DNA of 45,370 bases from Candidatus Omnitrophota bacterium (GTDB lineage Bacteria; Omnitrophota; Gorgyraeia; JAHIPI01). Shown here in pieces: positions 20,285-28,826 of the stretch. The position numbers and the translations under genes are program-made. The notes under the pieces were generated by a model. That model was not told the origin of the DNA, made no database searches, and saw nothing but the letters and a program-made list of their open reading frames with translations. The stretch is from NCBI GenBank assembly GCA_016931215.1, contig JAFGFD010000051.1:1-45370 (forward strand), given 5' to 3'. How positions within the stretch are numbered: position 1 is the stretch's first letter; every line of letters starts with the position of its first letter.

Positions 20285-22099
20285 CTATAATACGGTCTTT
20301 TCCGCTTCTTCTTCCTTCTCTTTCTGCAACTCAATCCTGTCTATATAGATTTTCGAGTTCTCTACAGGGTGTTTAGACCTTAAGGTAAACGACATCTCTA
20401 TGATGCGGGAGAGTCCGAACATATTGTCTCCGTACGTGACGCCGTCATAGCTTGAGCGCTCGAAGTCCTCCCATAAATTAAAGATATATTTCCTCCATCC
20501 GCTTCTATTCAAAAATATCGGTGGAGATATATACACCTCTCCTTCGCGGTCCTTTATATTGAAAGTCGCTATGTTATTATTACCGCTCGTCCCGTTGGAA
20601 TAAACCCATAGACTCAGCGTATCATATGTGCTCCAGTCTTGAGGATAGAGAAACTTCCTGACCAGGGCAGCGGTTGCCACCTTCGCCCCATCGTCCGGAA
20701 TAAACTCTATACCCAAGGAATATATGCCGTCGACCACTATCTCGTCGGACCTTTCCGTGAATAACTTGGCCTTTTTGGTAAATATCAAATCTTCGGGATA
20801 GGCCGTGCAAAACTTTATATCCGAACACTCGAAATCGTCTATAACGGGCATAAATTGGCATCTCCCGTCATAGTCCAACTTATCGATTATTTGATTGGCC
20901 AGTTCCAGCTCGCCCGTAGCCGAAAACGGATTGAATTTGTTTTCGGCAAAATAATACCAAGTCGTCGATGATATACATAACGGCTTATCCTGCATCATCC
21001 AGCTGTCGTATACGGGAGTCCCCTCGTTGCTTGCGTAAGGAAGCCCCATAGTGTAAGGGAAAGTGGGGCTATCGGTCAGGCAATTCCTTATCTGATCCAG
21101 ATAATAATCGCTCTCTTTTTCCCTCCCGGCAATGGAAAAGGCCAATACCATATGGGCCGTACCCTCAAACCAAACGGCATCTTTATCCGGAAAAGGTGAC
21201 CTCTTATAGTCGGAGCCAAAGTCGAATCCTTCAACCTTAACATTCTTCACTTTATATGTCTGGGTATTCAGGCTCTTATCCATGGCAAAATCGAGGCTTG
21301 GCGCATACTCAATGCCGAGGCTTAACACAGCCCAGCTGGAGAGGTCTGTAGCAAAATTGGGGTTGTTCTTTCCCAGGAAGAACCTCTTGTTCTCCTCGTT
21401 CCAGACGTCATCTACGAGCCATCTCTTTACTTCTTTTGCCTTTTTCAAATATTTATCATCCGCTGTCAATATGCCTAAATCCCGAAACCCTGCGTAACAA
21501 TCAAAATTATGCTCCGTAGAGACCCACGTCATGGGCTTGCCGTTGCCGTAATAACCTCCTATGCAACCACCGTCAATACATTGTAGAGATATAAGCCAAT
21601 CCGCTAAGTCCCTCGCCAGCGGTAGAAAGCTCTTATCATTGGTCTTGTACATATAGTAGTTTAGCGCCATCAAGACCCACGCGTTGGGCCCGGCGGCTCT
21701 GGTCTCAGTCTCTCTGCCGTCACGTTTGTATGTGTCGGTGAAACCTATGAGATTGCCATACTTTTTTATGTGCCTCTCCCTCACTCCATCAAAAAAATTG
21801 AATATAGCCTTTGCCTTCTGGTAATCGCCGTGATGAGTAAAAGCAAACGCGGCAAGAGCCTGATCATAAACAAAACAATCCTCTCCCCCTTCGTGGCTGG
21901 GTAATAACCCCGTGTGGAAAAGTATATATTTCCTGTTTGCCCTTTGATTTGAGCACAGCCATTGATACACCTTGTCAAGATCAGACCACTCCTGGTGGCC
22001 TTTAGTTGCGATACTATCTTGATAAACAGGAAAAAATATCACAATAGCAGCAGAAGCTGCCAACATCAGAATTAACAACGCAAAAAAATACTTTTTCAT
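20285..22099 (-). CDS. membrane-anchored/secreted protein: (alpha/alpha)6-barrel-like N-domain plus C-terminal CBM11/CIA30-like beta-sandwich
   Basis: 604 aa with an N-terminal hydrophobic anchor (FFALLILMLAASAAIVIFF). The helical-repeat region (YDQALAAFAF...GPNAWVLMALNYY...ADWLISLQ...) suggests a six-hairpin fold. The C-terminal ~170 aa follow the DDFE...WVYSNG...IYIDRIEL pattern. Fold calls are made by eye only. Confidence 0.5.
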   Translation of the reverse strand: MKKYFFALLILMLAASAAIVIFFPVYQDSIATKGHQEWSDLDKVYQWLCSNQRANRKYILFHTGLLPSHEGGEDCFVYDQALAAFAFTHHGDYQKAKAIFNFFDGVRERHIKKYGNLIGFTDTYKRDGRETETRAAGPNAWVLMALNYYMYKTNDKSFLPLARDLADWLISLQCIDGGCIGGYYGNGKPMTWVSTEHNFDCYAGFRDLGILTADDKYLKKAKEVKRWLVDDVWNEENKRFFLGKNNPNFATDLSSWAVLSLGIEYAPSLDFAMDKSLNTQTYKVKNVKVEGFDFGSDYKRSPFPDKDAVWFEGTAHMVLAFSIAGREKESDYYLDQIRNCLTDSPTFPYTMGLPYASNEGTPVYDSWMMQDKPLCISSTTWYYFAENKFNPFSATGELELANQIIDKLDYDGRCQFMPVIDDFECSDIKFCTAYPEDLIFTKKAKLFTERSDEIVVDGIYSLGIEFIPDDGAKVATAALVRKFLYPQDWSTYDTLSLWVYSNGTSGNNNIATFNIKDREGEVYISPPIFLNRSGWRKYIFNLWEDFERSSYDGVTYGDNMFGLSRIIEMSFTLRSKHPVENSKIYIDRIELQKEKEEEAEKTVL

Positions 22100-22192
22100 A
22101 CTTAATTTTAAAATAAAACCTCCCTTTCTTCAATATTAAAATTCAGATTATATAATAAGCTAATAAAGATATTGAAGTGTGAAAAGACCGTA

Positions 22193-24493
22193 TTACAAGC
22201 TCAGGGCCTCTTTTATCCTCTTCTTAGAATAAATAGCATACTCTGAAGTCGGAAAATTGTCAATTATATATTGATATTCTCTCTGCGCCTCGGTATGGCG
22301 CCCCAATGACTCAAGTATCAGGGCGAGTTCGTATCTGGCTTGGGCCAAAAAAATACCCTCTGCATACATACCTATGATCTCTCTAAGAAAAGAGATAGAT
22401 CGCTCTTTGTCCTTGCCGCCCCCGTTCTTAGAAAGGATGGTCAACGCTTCTTTTACTGCATTCTTCGAAAGCTCGCTCCCCGGAAATGTATGTATGAAAT
22501 CTTTAAATGACGCGACCGCCTCATCGTATAAGCCTTTCTCTTTAAATGTAAAGGCGATATTATAAGCTGCGTCGTCAGCCAATTCACTATTGGGAAATTC
22601 CTGAAGCAGTCTTTCGCACAAAGCGATTGATTCGTTATATTGAGCTTTACCTCTGTATGCCGCCGAAATCTCCAATATAGTAAATGATATCTCTTCCTCG
22701 GGCTTGTAATCGAGGGCCATATTTACGTAAGCATCATATAATATTTTTGCTCGATGAGTATTGCCGTCATCCATATCGCCCTCTGCCTCGGTCTTAAAGA
22801 TAGCGAGGGCGTCTTCCGGGTCCCATTGTTCCCGCGTCTCCTCGACGAATGTGCGCAGCAATCTATCCGATGCACGCTGTTCCGCCTTCGCCTTAAGCAA
22901 TTTTGAATATGCCAGGAGCGGCTTGGTATCCTTGGTATCTTTTGCGTATGCGATACATGAGTCTTCCAATAGAGACAGAATCGTGTCTTCTCGGCCGGTC
23001 AGCAATTCATTGTTTATGTCCCATTTTAAATACAAGGCCTTAAGGTATGTCTCTTTATCGCCGGTATCTTTAAGGAGTGTTTCGATCTCTTCGAAAATAA
23101 GCGGCAATTCTCTCGTCTTTTCAGCGAAGTAAGTCTCCCAGTCGCCGATCGCGCAAAGATGCTCGAGCTTTTTCCATCGGGCAAGTACCGTGTAATAATC
23201 GACAAGGCCCAAATACCGCGTTCGGTCGTATAGTGATCTATTTCCCTTCAGTAAATCCGCAAACTGGTCATAACATGACTTTTCGAAATAGGCTTCCGAC
23301 AGTCTCTCGAGGACCTCCGGGACGTTAAAATGCGACGGATTCTTCAGTTTATTCACAAGTATCGCTGCCCTGCCGCCGTCGACAAATCTCTTTTCTCTCC
23401 AGCCGCTTCTGAGGGCACGTTTCCGGGCTGTTAAATACGATCCCTTGAAATAATCCGATATCGCAAACAGCGTCTCCTTTAATATCGTGTTCCTAAACAA
23501 TCTTTTCAGGACATAGTAGCCGTTTTTAAAACTCCTGTCACCCTCCACTACTCCCCAGTGTTCTTCAACATGCCTATCTTGTAAACCGCTATTTCCCGCC
23601 TTGGACCAGTTGTCGGCCCACTGAAAAATTATAATGCCGTCCAGCTTTTTAAGCGCCTTCGAGATCTGTTCGCCCAAGACCCCTTCCTGTTCATCTCTTG
23701 TCCAGAAGGTGCTGTATCCGGCCTCCGTGATTATAACGGGTTTACCGTACTCTTTGCGCAGTAGGGCCAGTTCGTCTACAATGCGTTCGGCTTCTCCGGA
23801 ATCATACCCGCCTCCGATCCAATCTGTCACGCCTAAATAAACGTTAAACCCGAGGATATCCAGAAAGTCTGCACCCAGACGCCTGAGGTCTGGCTCCATA
23901 GCCAATGTCGCGCCGATGACAGGCCTTAAGGGATCTTCCATCTTGACCGTCTTGTAGATCTCGCGAAGGAATCGACTGACCGCATCCTCGCCGTAAACAT
24001 CGGTAACGTCTCCCTTGCCACTGCCGTATGTCCAAGGTGCATCGTTCCAAATACCCCAGGCGTAAACACACTCCCTATCTTTGTCCCGCCTGATATTTCT
24101 TACCGCGTCCCTTTTGAGCGCCTTCAGTTGATACGGTGAAGTGAAATCAGTCCATTCTCCGGGGAATGCGATCGTCTCTATCACCTTAAATTTGTACTTC
24201 TCGGCCAAATCAAGTATGAATTCAGGTGGAATTCCGTAAAGCCTTAAGGTATTTATGCCGGCCTTCTTCATAAGTTTGAAATCTTCTTCGAAAACTGAAA
24301 CCGGGACCTGGGAATAATGGCTTGTAGCCGGATAACTTAAGTCATAGGTAACGCCTTTGATGACGTCACTCTCTCTGGGTACCAATAGAGCCAGAAAGAG
24401 TAATCCAAAGACAGAAATAGTCAAAACCAATATTGCGGCCTTGACTACGTTTCTCAAATTAATTTCTCTTTTTACCTTTTTCTTCTTCGGCAT
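22193..24493 (-). CDS. N-terminally anchored clan GH-A (beta/alpha)8 glycosidase-like domain fused to C-terminal TPR repeats
   Basis: 766 aa with a basic N-terminus and one TM segment. The TIM-barrel-like region carries INTLRLYG, WGIWNDAPW (the NE position reads ND) and KPVIITEAGYS (nucleophile-like Glu). The C-terminal ~350 aa have TPR-like A/Y/L periodicity (AQYNESIALCERLLQEFPNSELADDAAYNIAF...). Confidence 0.6.
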   Translation of the reverse strand: MPKKKKVKREINLRNVVKAAILVLTISVFGLLFLALLVPRESDVIKGVTYDLSYPATSHYSQVPVSVFEEDFKLMKKAGINTLRLYGIPPEFILDLAEKYKFKVIETIAFPGEWTDFTSPYQLKALKRDAVRNIRRDKDRECVYAWGIWNDAPWTYGSGKGDVTDVYGEDAVSRFLREIYKTVKMEDPLRPVIGATLAMEPDLRRLGADFLDILGFNVYLGVTDWIGGGYDSGEAERIVDELALLRKEYGKPVIITEAGYSTFWTRDEQEGVLGEQISKALKKLDGIIIFQWADNWSKAGNSGLQDRHVEEHWGVVEGDRSFKNGYYVLKRLFRNTILKETLFAISDYFKGSYLTARKRALRSGWREKRFVDGGRAAILVNKLKNPSHFNVPEVLERLSEAYFEKSCYDQFADLLKGNRSLYDRTRYLGLVDYYTVLARWKKLEHLCAIGDWETYFAEKTRELPLIFEEIETLLKDTGDKETYLKALYLKWDINNELLTGREDTILSLLEDSCIAYAKDTKDTKPLLAYSKLLKAKAEQRASDRLLRTFVEETREQWDPEDALAIFKTEAEGDMDDGNTHRAKILYDAYVNMALDYKPEEEISFTILEISAAYRGKAQYNESIALCERLLQEFPNSELADDAAYNIAFTFKEKGLYDEAVASFKDFIHTFPGSELSKNAVKEALTILSKNGGGKDKERSISFLREIIGMYAEGIFLAQARYELALILESLGRHTEAQREYQYIIDNFPTSEYAIYSKKRIKEALSL

Positions 24494-24512
24494 GGTATTT
24501 GACGGCTATGCG

Positions 24513-24590
24513 AACAGCCAACAGCCCACGGTCTTTCATCCTTACATTCAGGGTTAGCCCCTAAGGAGACAAGCCATGGGCTGTTAAGAA
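24513..24590 (-). other. long nested intergenic hairpin with a tandem AACAGCC heptamer
   Basis: The outer 12-bp stem pairs AACAGCCCACGG (24520-24531) with CCATGGGCTGTT (24574-24585), including one wobble in RNA. Inside it are TCCTTA/TAAGGA and GGG/CCC stems. AACAGCC is duplicated in tandem at 24513-24526. Confidence 0.5.
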
Positions 24591-24620
24591 TAGCAAGACG
24601 TATCTATAAAGATTATGATA

Positions 24621-25601
24621 TTACTCGCTGTTGGTAAATATAAAATTATCGATAAAAGCAATATCCCCTTTTTGATTGCCGACATCGCTGCCAAATGCCA
24701 GCCCGATATTATCCATTTGGGATAAATCGACTCTGCTCGAGATGGCTCCGAGAGGTATAACCAACTTCTGCCATGATGTAGTTAGAGCGGGTAGCGGATA
24801 TTCCGCCTGCGGCATGTAGTCCAAGGCATGCGCGTCCCTGGCAATGAACTTCATCTTCTCCCCGCCTTTTTTTCCTTTTGCCCAAAACACAAGATATTTA
24901 TATTTCGAAACATCCAAACTCTCGACCTTCTTAGGCATAGTCGTGACATCGACCGTAGGACCGAGGTCCATAGCGAAACTCCCCCATCCCTCATTTGATT
25001 TAGTCCCGAGTCCTGTTACCAGCCTGAACGATTGGCGTCCGGCATGAATATCTTTAGTGTTATATCCTGGTGTAACCGGCTCAAAGACCCACGAATACGG
25101 CGTCGTAGTCACTTCATCCCAATCAGGCTCCAGAGATCCATAGACACCCATCTCTCCCCCGACATTGTTGGGCCACCCCTCGAAATCAGCGGCCAGCAAA
25201 TCTTCCTCGGACAAAGCAACGGCACCGGGCACCTCGGGCTCTTCTATAAAATCGACGTCCTCTATGGTCTCCGTAACCACCTCCTCCTCGATCGTACTCA
25301 GAGTATCGAATAACTCTTCCGCCTCGTCTTTCGCTTCTTCGATCTGGCGAACGATCTCTTCGTCCTCTTTAGTAACGACAAGCGGCATCGGTTCCTCCGC
25401 TTTCAACTCCTCCTCTGCACTCTTCGACATTTCTCTCAATGTCTTCTTGTAAGCGCCCTCTGTATCGGTTTCGGCAATCTTCTTCTCTATTGAAGAAATG
25501 ATCTCTTTTGCCGACGGTGACGTAGCCTTCTTTTCTCCGCATCCCGAAAGGGCGACTGCGCACATGAGAGAGACCAACAGCACATATCCTGGTAAACGCA
25601 T
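24621..25601 (-). CDS. lipoprotein: acidic low-complexity linker plus CBM11/CIA30-like beta-sandwich (paralog 2)
   Basis: 326 aa with the lipobox ALSGC and an E/D-rich region of about 100 aa. The C-terminal ~190 aa align closely with the neighbouring 227-aa protein and end in FIFTNSE. Confidence 0.6.
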   Translation of the reverse strand: MRLPGYVLLVSLMCAVALSGCGEKKATSPSAKEIISSIEKKIAETDTEGAYKKTLREMSKSAEEELKAEEPMPLVVTKEDEEIVRQIEEAKDEAEELFDTLSTIEEEVVTETIEDVDFIEEPEVPGAVALSEEDLLAADFEGWPNNVGGEMGVYGSLEPDWDEVTTTPYSWVFEPVTPGYNTKDIHAGRQSFRLVTGLGTKSNEGWGSFAMDLGPTVDVTTMPKKVESLDVSKYKYLVFWAKGKKGGEKMKFIARDAHALDYMPQAEYPLPALTTSWQKLVIPLGAISSRVDLSQMDNIGLAFGSDVGNQKGDIAFIDNFIFTNSE

Positions 25602-25653
25602 TTTTACATGTCTCCTCTACGGTTTGGAAATAGCGCCGCACGGAACGGCGATG

Positions 25654-26337
25654 CTATTCACTGTTTGTGAACATAAAGGTATCCAGGTATACTATAGCTC
25701 CTTTTCTGTTACCCAGATCCACTCCGAATGAAATTCCTACATTGTCCAGTGTATTTAAATCGATCCTCTTCTTTGCCTTTGCCAAAGGAACTACCACCTT
25801 CTCCCATTCGGTAGTAGCCGGCGGTAAGGGATGCTCATATTGAGGCATATAGCTCAACGCATGTGAATCCCTCATTATGACCTTGATCTTTTCTCCTCCC
25901 ATAGCCCCCTTGTACCAAAAGGTCAAATATTTAAAACCCGAGGCATCGAAAGATTCCACTTTTTTGGGGGTAACGGTCGTATCTATCGTTTGGCCCATGT
26001 CCATGGCAAAACTTCCCCAGCTCTCATTCGGCTTTGTTCCGAGGGCGTTCACCAACCTCATGGACTTGTTGCCGTCATGCACGTTGATAGAGTTATATCC
26101 GGGTGTCACCGGCTCGTACACCCATGAATACGGCACTGTCTCCTTCATGTCCCAATCAGGTTCCAGGGAACCGTATACCCCTATGTCGCCTCCTAGATTA
26201 TTCGGCCACCCTTCAAAATCCGCAAGCATCACGCTGTCCTCCCCGGTCTCTTCTGCGCGGAGATCAAAGCCAACCGCGAAAGAGAAAGACAAAACGAGTA
26301 TCGCTATCGCAAAACTTGTACCTATCCTTTTAAACAT
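25654..26337 (-). CDS. secreted CBM11/CIA30-like beta-sandwich protein (paralog 1)
   Basis: 227 aa with a signal peptide (IAILVLSFSFAVG). It carries ADFEGWPNNLGG...GVYGSLEPDWD...PYSWVYEPVTPGYN...WGSFAMDMG...FWYKG...GGEK and ends in FMFTNSE. Confidence 0.6.
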   Translation of the reverse strand: MFKRIGTSFAIAILVLSFSFAVGFDLRAEETGEDSVMLADFEGWPNNLGGDIGVYGSLEPDWDMKETVPYSWVYEPVTPGYNSINVHDGNKSMRLVNALGTKPNESWGSFAMDMGQTIDTTVTPKKVESFDASGFKYLTFWYKGAMGGEKIKVIMRDSHALSYMPQYEHPLPPATTEWEKVVVPLAKAKKRIDLNTLDNVGISFGVDLGNRKGAIVYLDTFMFTNSE

Positions 26338-26356
26338 TTATAACCTCCTTCATCTT

Positions 26357-28786
26357 TTACCCCATAATGACTTCTACCTTATGGGTCTTTTTATCCCGTC
26401 TGTGTCTCACTATATTATGTTTCTGCTCTATTCCGTCAACTATCATCTTCTTTACTCCCCGCTGAACGCCTTTAGGATTCTTTATGACGATATTATATAC
26501 GTCGTTCCGGAAGGACCTGGTTATCTCGCACTTCTTCCATTGAGAGGGTATGACGGGGTCTATTCTCAGACCGCTGAACTCCCGATGAACGCCCAATAGA
26601 TGTTCGGTCGCAGCTAAAAACGTCCAGGCGGCTGTGCCGGTTATCCACGTAAAAGCCCCTTCTCCGTATCGATAAGGATGCTCCGGACCTATCAGATATT
26701 CAGCGTATACATATGGCTCCGTCTTATAGACGTCGTAATCCTCCTGGCTATTAGGCATGATCTTCTTCATGCTTCCATACGCTTTATCTCCTCTTCCAGC
26801 CACGCAGTCCGCCACTATTTTGAAAGTCGAGGCGTGACAAAAGACGGCTGCATTCTCTTTTGTGCCTTCGGAAAACATGGTTATCCTGCCAAGCTTAGGA
26901 TTATAATTTGAGTAGGCCGGGTAAAAGAGCGCCACTCCGTGTTTGCCGTCGAGGTACTTATCGACCGATTCAAAGAGCTTTTCGGACCTCTGTCTATCCG
27001 CGACTTCGCTCAACACGGCCCAACTTTGCGTATTCACAAAGATCTTTCCCTCGCTATTTTTCGACGCGCCGTAAACGGTCCCATCGTCCGTAAAGCCCCT
27101 GACGTACCAGTTTCCGTCCCACGCAATATCGTTTATGCGCGTCGCCATTACCTTTGCGCGCGTCCTTAGGTACTTAGCCTTGCGCACATCTCCCAATATA
27201 TCCGCCAGCTCCGCCAGTAATCTGTAAGAACGTACGAGTGCCATGGCGAGCCAGACGCTTTCGCCCTTCATCGCTTTTCCCGCAGCGTCAATGGCGTCAT
27301 TCCAATCGGCATGGCCTATCAAAGGCAGTCCCCGTCTGCCTACATCATTGAAAGTAAAGTTGAGATTCTTCTCAAGGTGCTCGAAGAGAGTCCCTTCTCC
27401 GTCTTTGATAACGCCTTTTTTCCAGTGGATATCCTTTTTTGTACCCTTCTCTATCCACGCATCTTTTATGTAAGGGAATTTCTGTATGAGAATATCTTTA
27501 TCCCCTGTCTCCTTGACATAAGCCGATACTGTGGAGACCAGCCACGTAGGGTGGTCTTTATTGGGCATGTGGTTAGCGGGACCTCTGGTCGTAGACCACC
27601 CAGGGCAACATGAACCGTCCCTTCTTATCAATCCCGCAATAGTTTTGATTTTGGAAAGCGCATGGTCGCTGTCAATGGCCATGATGCCTTCAGCATCCTG
27701 GCAGGAGTCTCTATATCCCTTGCCGCCCGACCCCTCATGATAATAAGAGGGTGAACGTGACCATAGATTGCATATATACATCTGATATTTAAGCCAGATA
27801 TTCGTCATGAGGTCGAAACTTCTGTCCGGTGTCTTTACCCATATGTTATTTACAATGCGGTCTCTCCAGATAGTCTTGACGTTCTCCAATTCCTCTTTGG
27901 CCGTCGTTAAATTTCTATATTTTGCGACAAGTTCCTTCACCTTCGATTTGCTGGGAATCTGCCCCAATATCACGACAAATTCCCTTGTGCCGCCGGCTTT
28001 CAAAGCCACTTTATGGCGAAATGCGCCTATGCCGTCTTCGCCGGAACAGAATCGAGACTCCATGAAATGGTCTGAGGTGACAGACTGCGGCTTCTCTTCA
28101 TTATTGAATTTGCCCAAAAACAGATCCTTTCTCGTAGCCACACCCAGAACAGGAAGGCTTGAAGCAAAGAAGGCTATCGAATGAAAAGGCTTAATGTTGA
28201 GAGCCTCCCACATCGCAGTCTTGCGGGCAAATATAATACCGTTTTCATCATCCGCCCAAAACCTGTTGTACAGGTTCATAATGTTTCTATATCTCAATTC
28301 CTCGTGATAATCGCCTATGAGCCATTCGACATAAGGCACTACAGTCAAATCCCTGCTCCTGCGCGTCTTATTTGAAAGTTTGACCAACCATATCTCACAC
28401 GTATCTTCAGACGGAACAAAGTAAGTGACCTCAGAATCTATCCCGTAATACCTGGTCTTTATCACCGTGTAGCCCAGTCCGTGTCTGGCGGTAAAACCGT
28501 CAGGTTCCGCTTTTACGGGCTGATATGTAGCGCCCCAGTATTTTTTTGTCTCGTTATCCTTTAAATAAATATATTTGCCGGGTCTGTCTTTATGATAGTT
28601 TTCCGGATTCCATCGGGTGACGCGGTCAGAACGGCAATCCTTATAAAAACTATAGCCTCCCCCGCATTGCGATATAACCGAACAATAATCGGCATTTGTA
28701 AGATAATTAATCCAGGGCCGCGGTGTGTTGGGTCTTTTGATTATAAACTCAAGTCCGTCTTTCGAAAAATTTCCGTATTTTACCAT
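26357..28786 (-). CDS. GH94 glycoside phosphorylase (cellobiose/chitobiose-phosphorylase-like)
   Basis: 809 aa and cytoplasmic. The N-terminus YGNFSKDGLEFIIKRPNTPRPWINYLTN closely mirrors the GH94 disaccharide-phosphorylase N-terminus. A catalytic-Asp-type motif GHADWNDAID is present, and the length fits the disaccharide phosphorylases. Confidence 0.82.
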   Translation of the reverse strand: MVKYGNFSKDGLEFIIKRPNTPRPWINYLTNADYCSVISQCGGGYSFYKDCRSDRVTRWNPENYHKDRPGKYIYLKDNETKKYWGATYQPVKAEPDGFTARHGLGYTVIKTRYYGIDSEVTYFVPSEDTCEIWLVKLSNKTRRSRDLTVVPYVEWLIGDYHEELRYRNIMNLYNRFWADDENGIIFARKTAMWEALNIKPFHSIAFFASSLPVLGVATRKDLFLGKFNNEEKPQSVTSDHFMESRFCSGEDGIGAFRHKVALKAGGTREFVVILGQIPSKSKVKELVAKYRNLTTAKEELENVKTIWRDRIVNNIWVKTPDRSFDLMTNIWLKYQMYICNLWSRSPSYYHEGSGGKGYRDSCQDAEGIMAIDSDHALSKIKTIAGLIRRDGSCCPGWSTTRGPANHMPNKDHPTWLVSTVSAYVKETGDKDILIQKFPYIKDAWIEKGTKKDIHWKKGVIKDGEGTLFEHLEKNLNFTFNDVGRRGLPLIGHADWNDAIDAAGKAMKGESVWLAMALVRSYRLLAELADILGDVRKAKYLRTRAKVMATRINDIAWDGNWYVRGFTDDGTVYGASKNSEGKIFVNTQSWAVLSEVADRQRSEKLFESVDKYLDGKHGVALFYPAYSNYNPKLGRITMFSEGTKENAAVFCHASTFKIVADCVAGRGDKAYGSMKKIMPNSQEDYDVYKTEPYVYAEYLIGPEHPYRYGEGAFTWITGTAAWTFLAATEHLLGVHREFSGLRIDPVIPSQWKKCEITRSFRNDVYNIVIKNPKGVQRGVKKMIVDGIEQKHNIVRHRRDKKTHKVEVIMG

Positions 28787-28826
28787 TCTTGCTGTCTTCT
28801 CCTGTCTTATTACTTATCCTGTAGCG

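Noticed and set aside
25877-26599. 240-aa plus-strand ORF (and a nested 76-aa ORF) opposite the CBM-like gene and the GH94 3-prime end
   Set aside because: It lies entirely antisense to two well-supported minus-strand genes and crosses their intergenic spacer. The sequence is low-complexity and Ser/Pro/Leu-rich, with no SD or recognisable motif. This is typical shadow-ORF behaviour.
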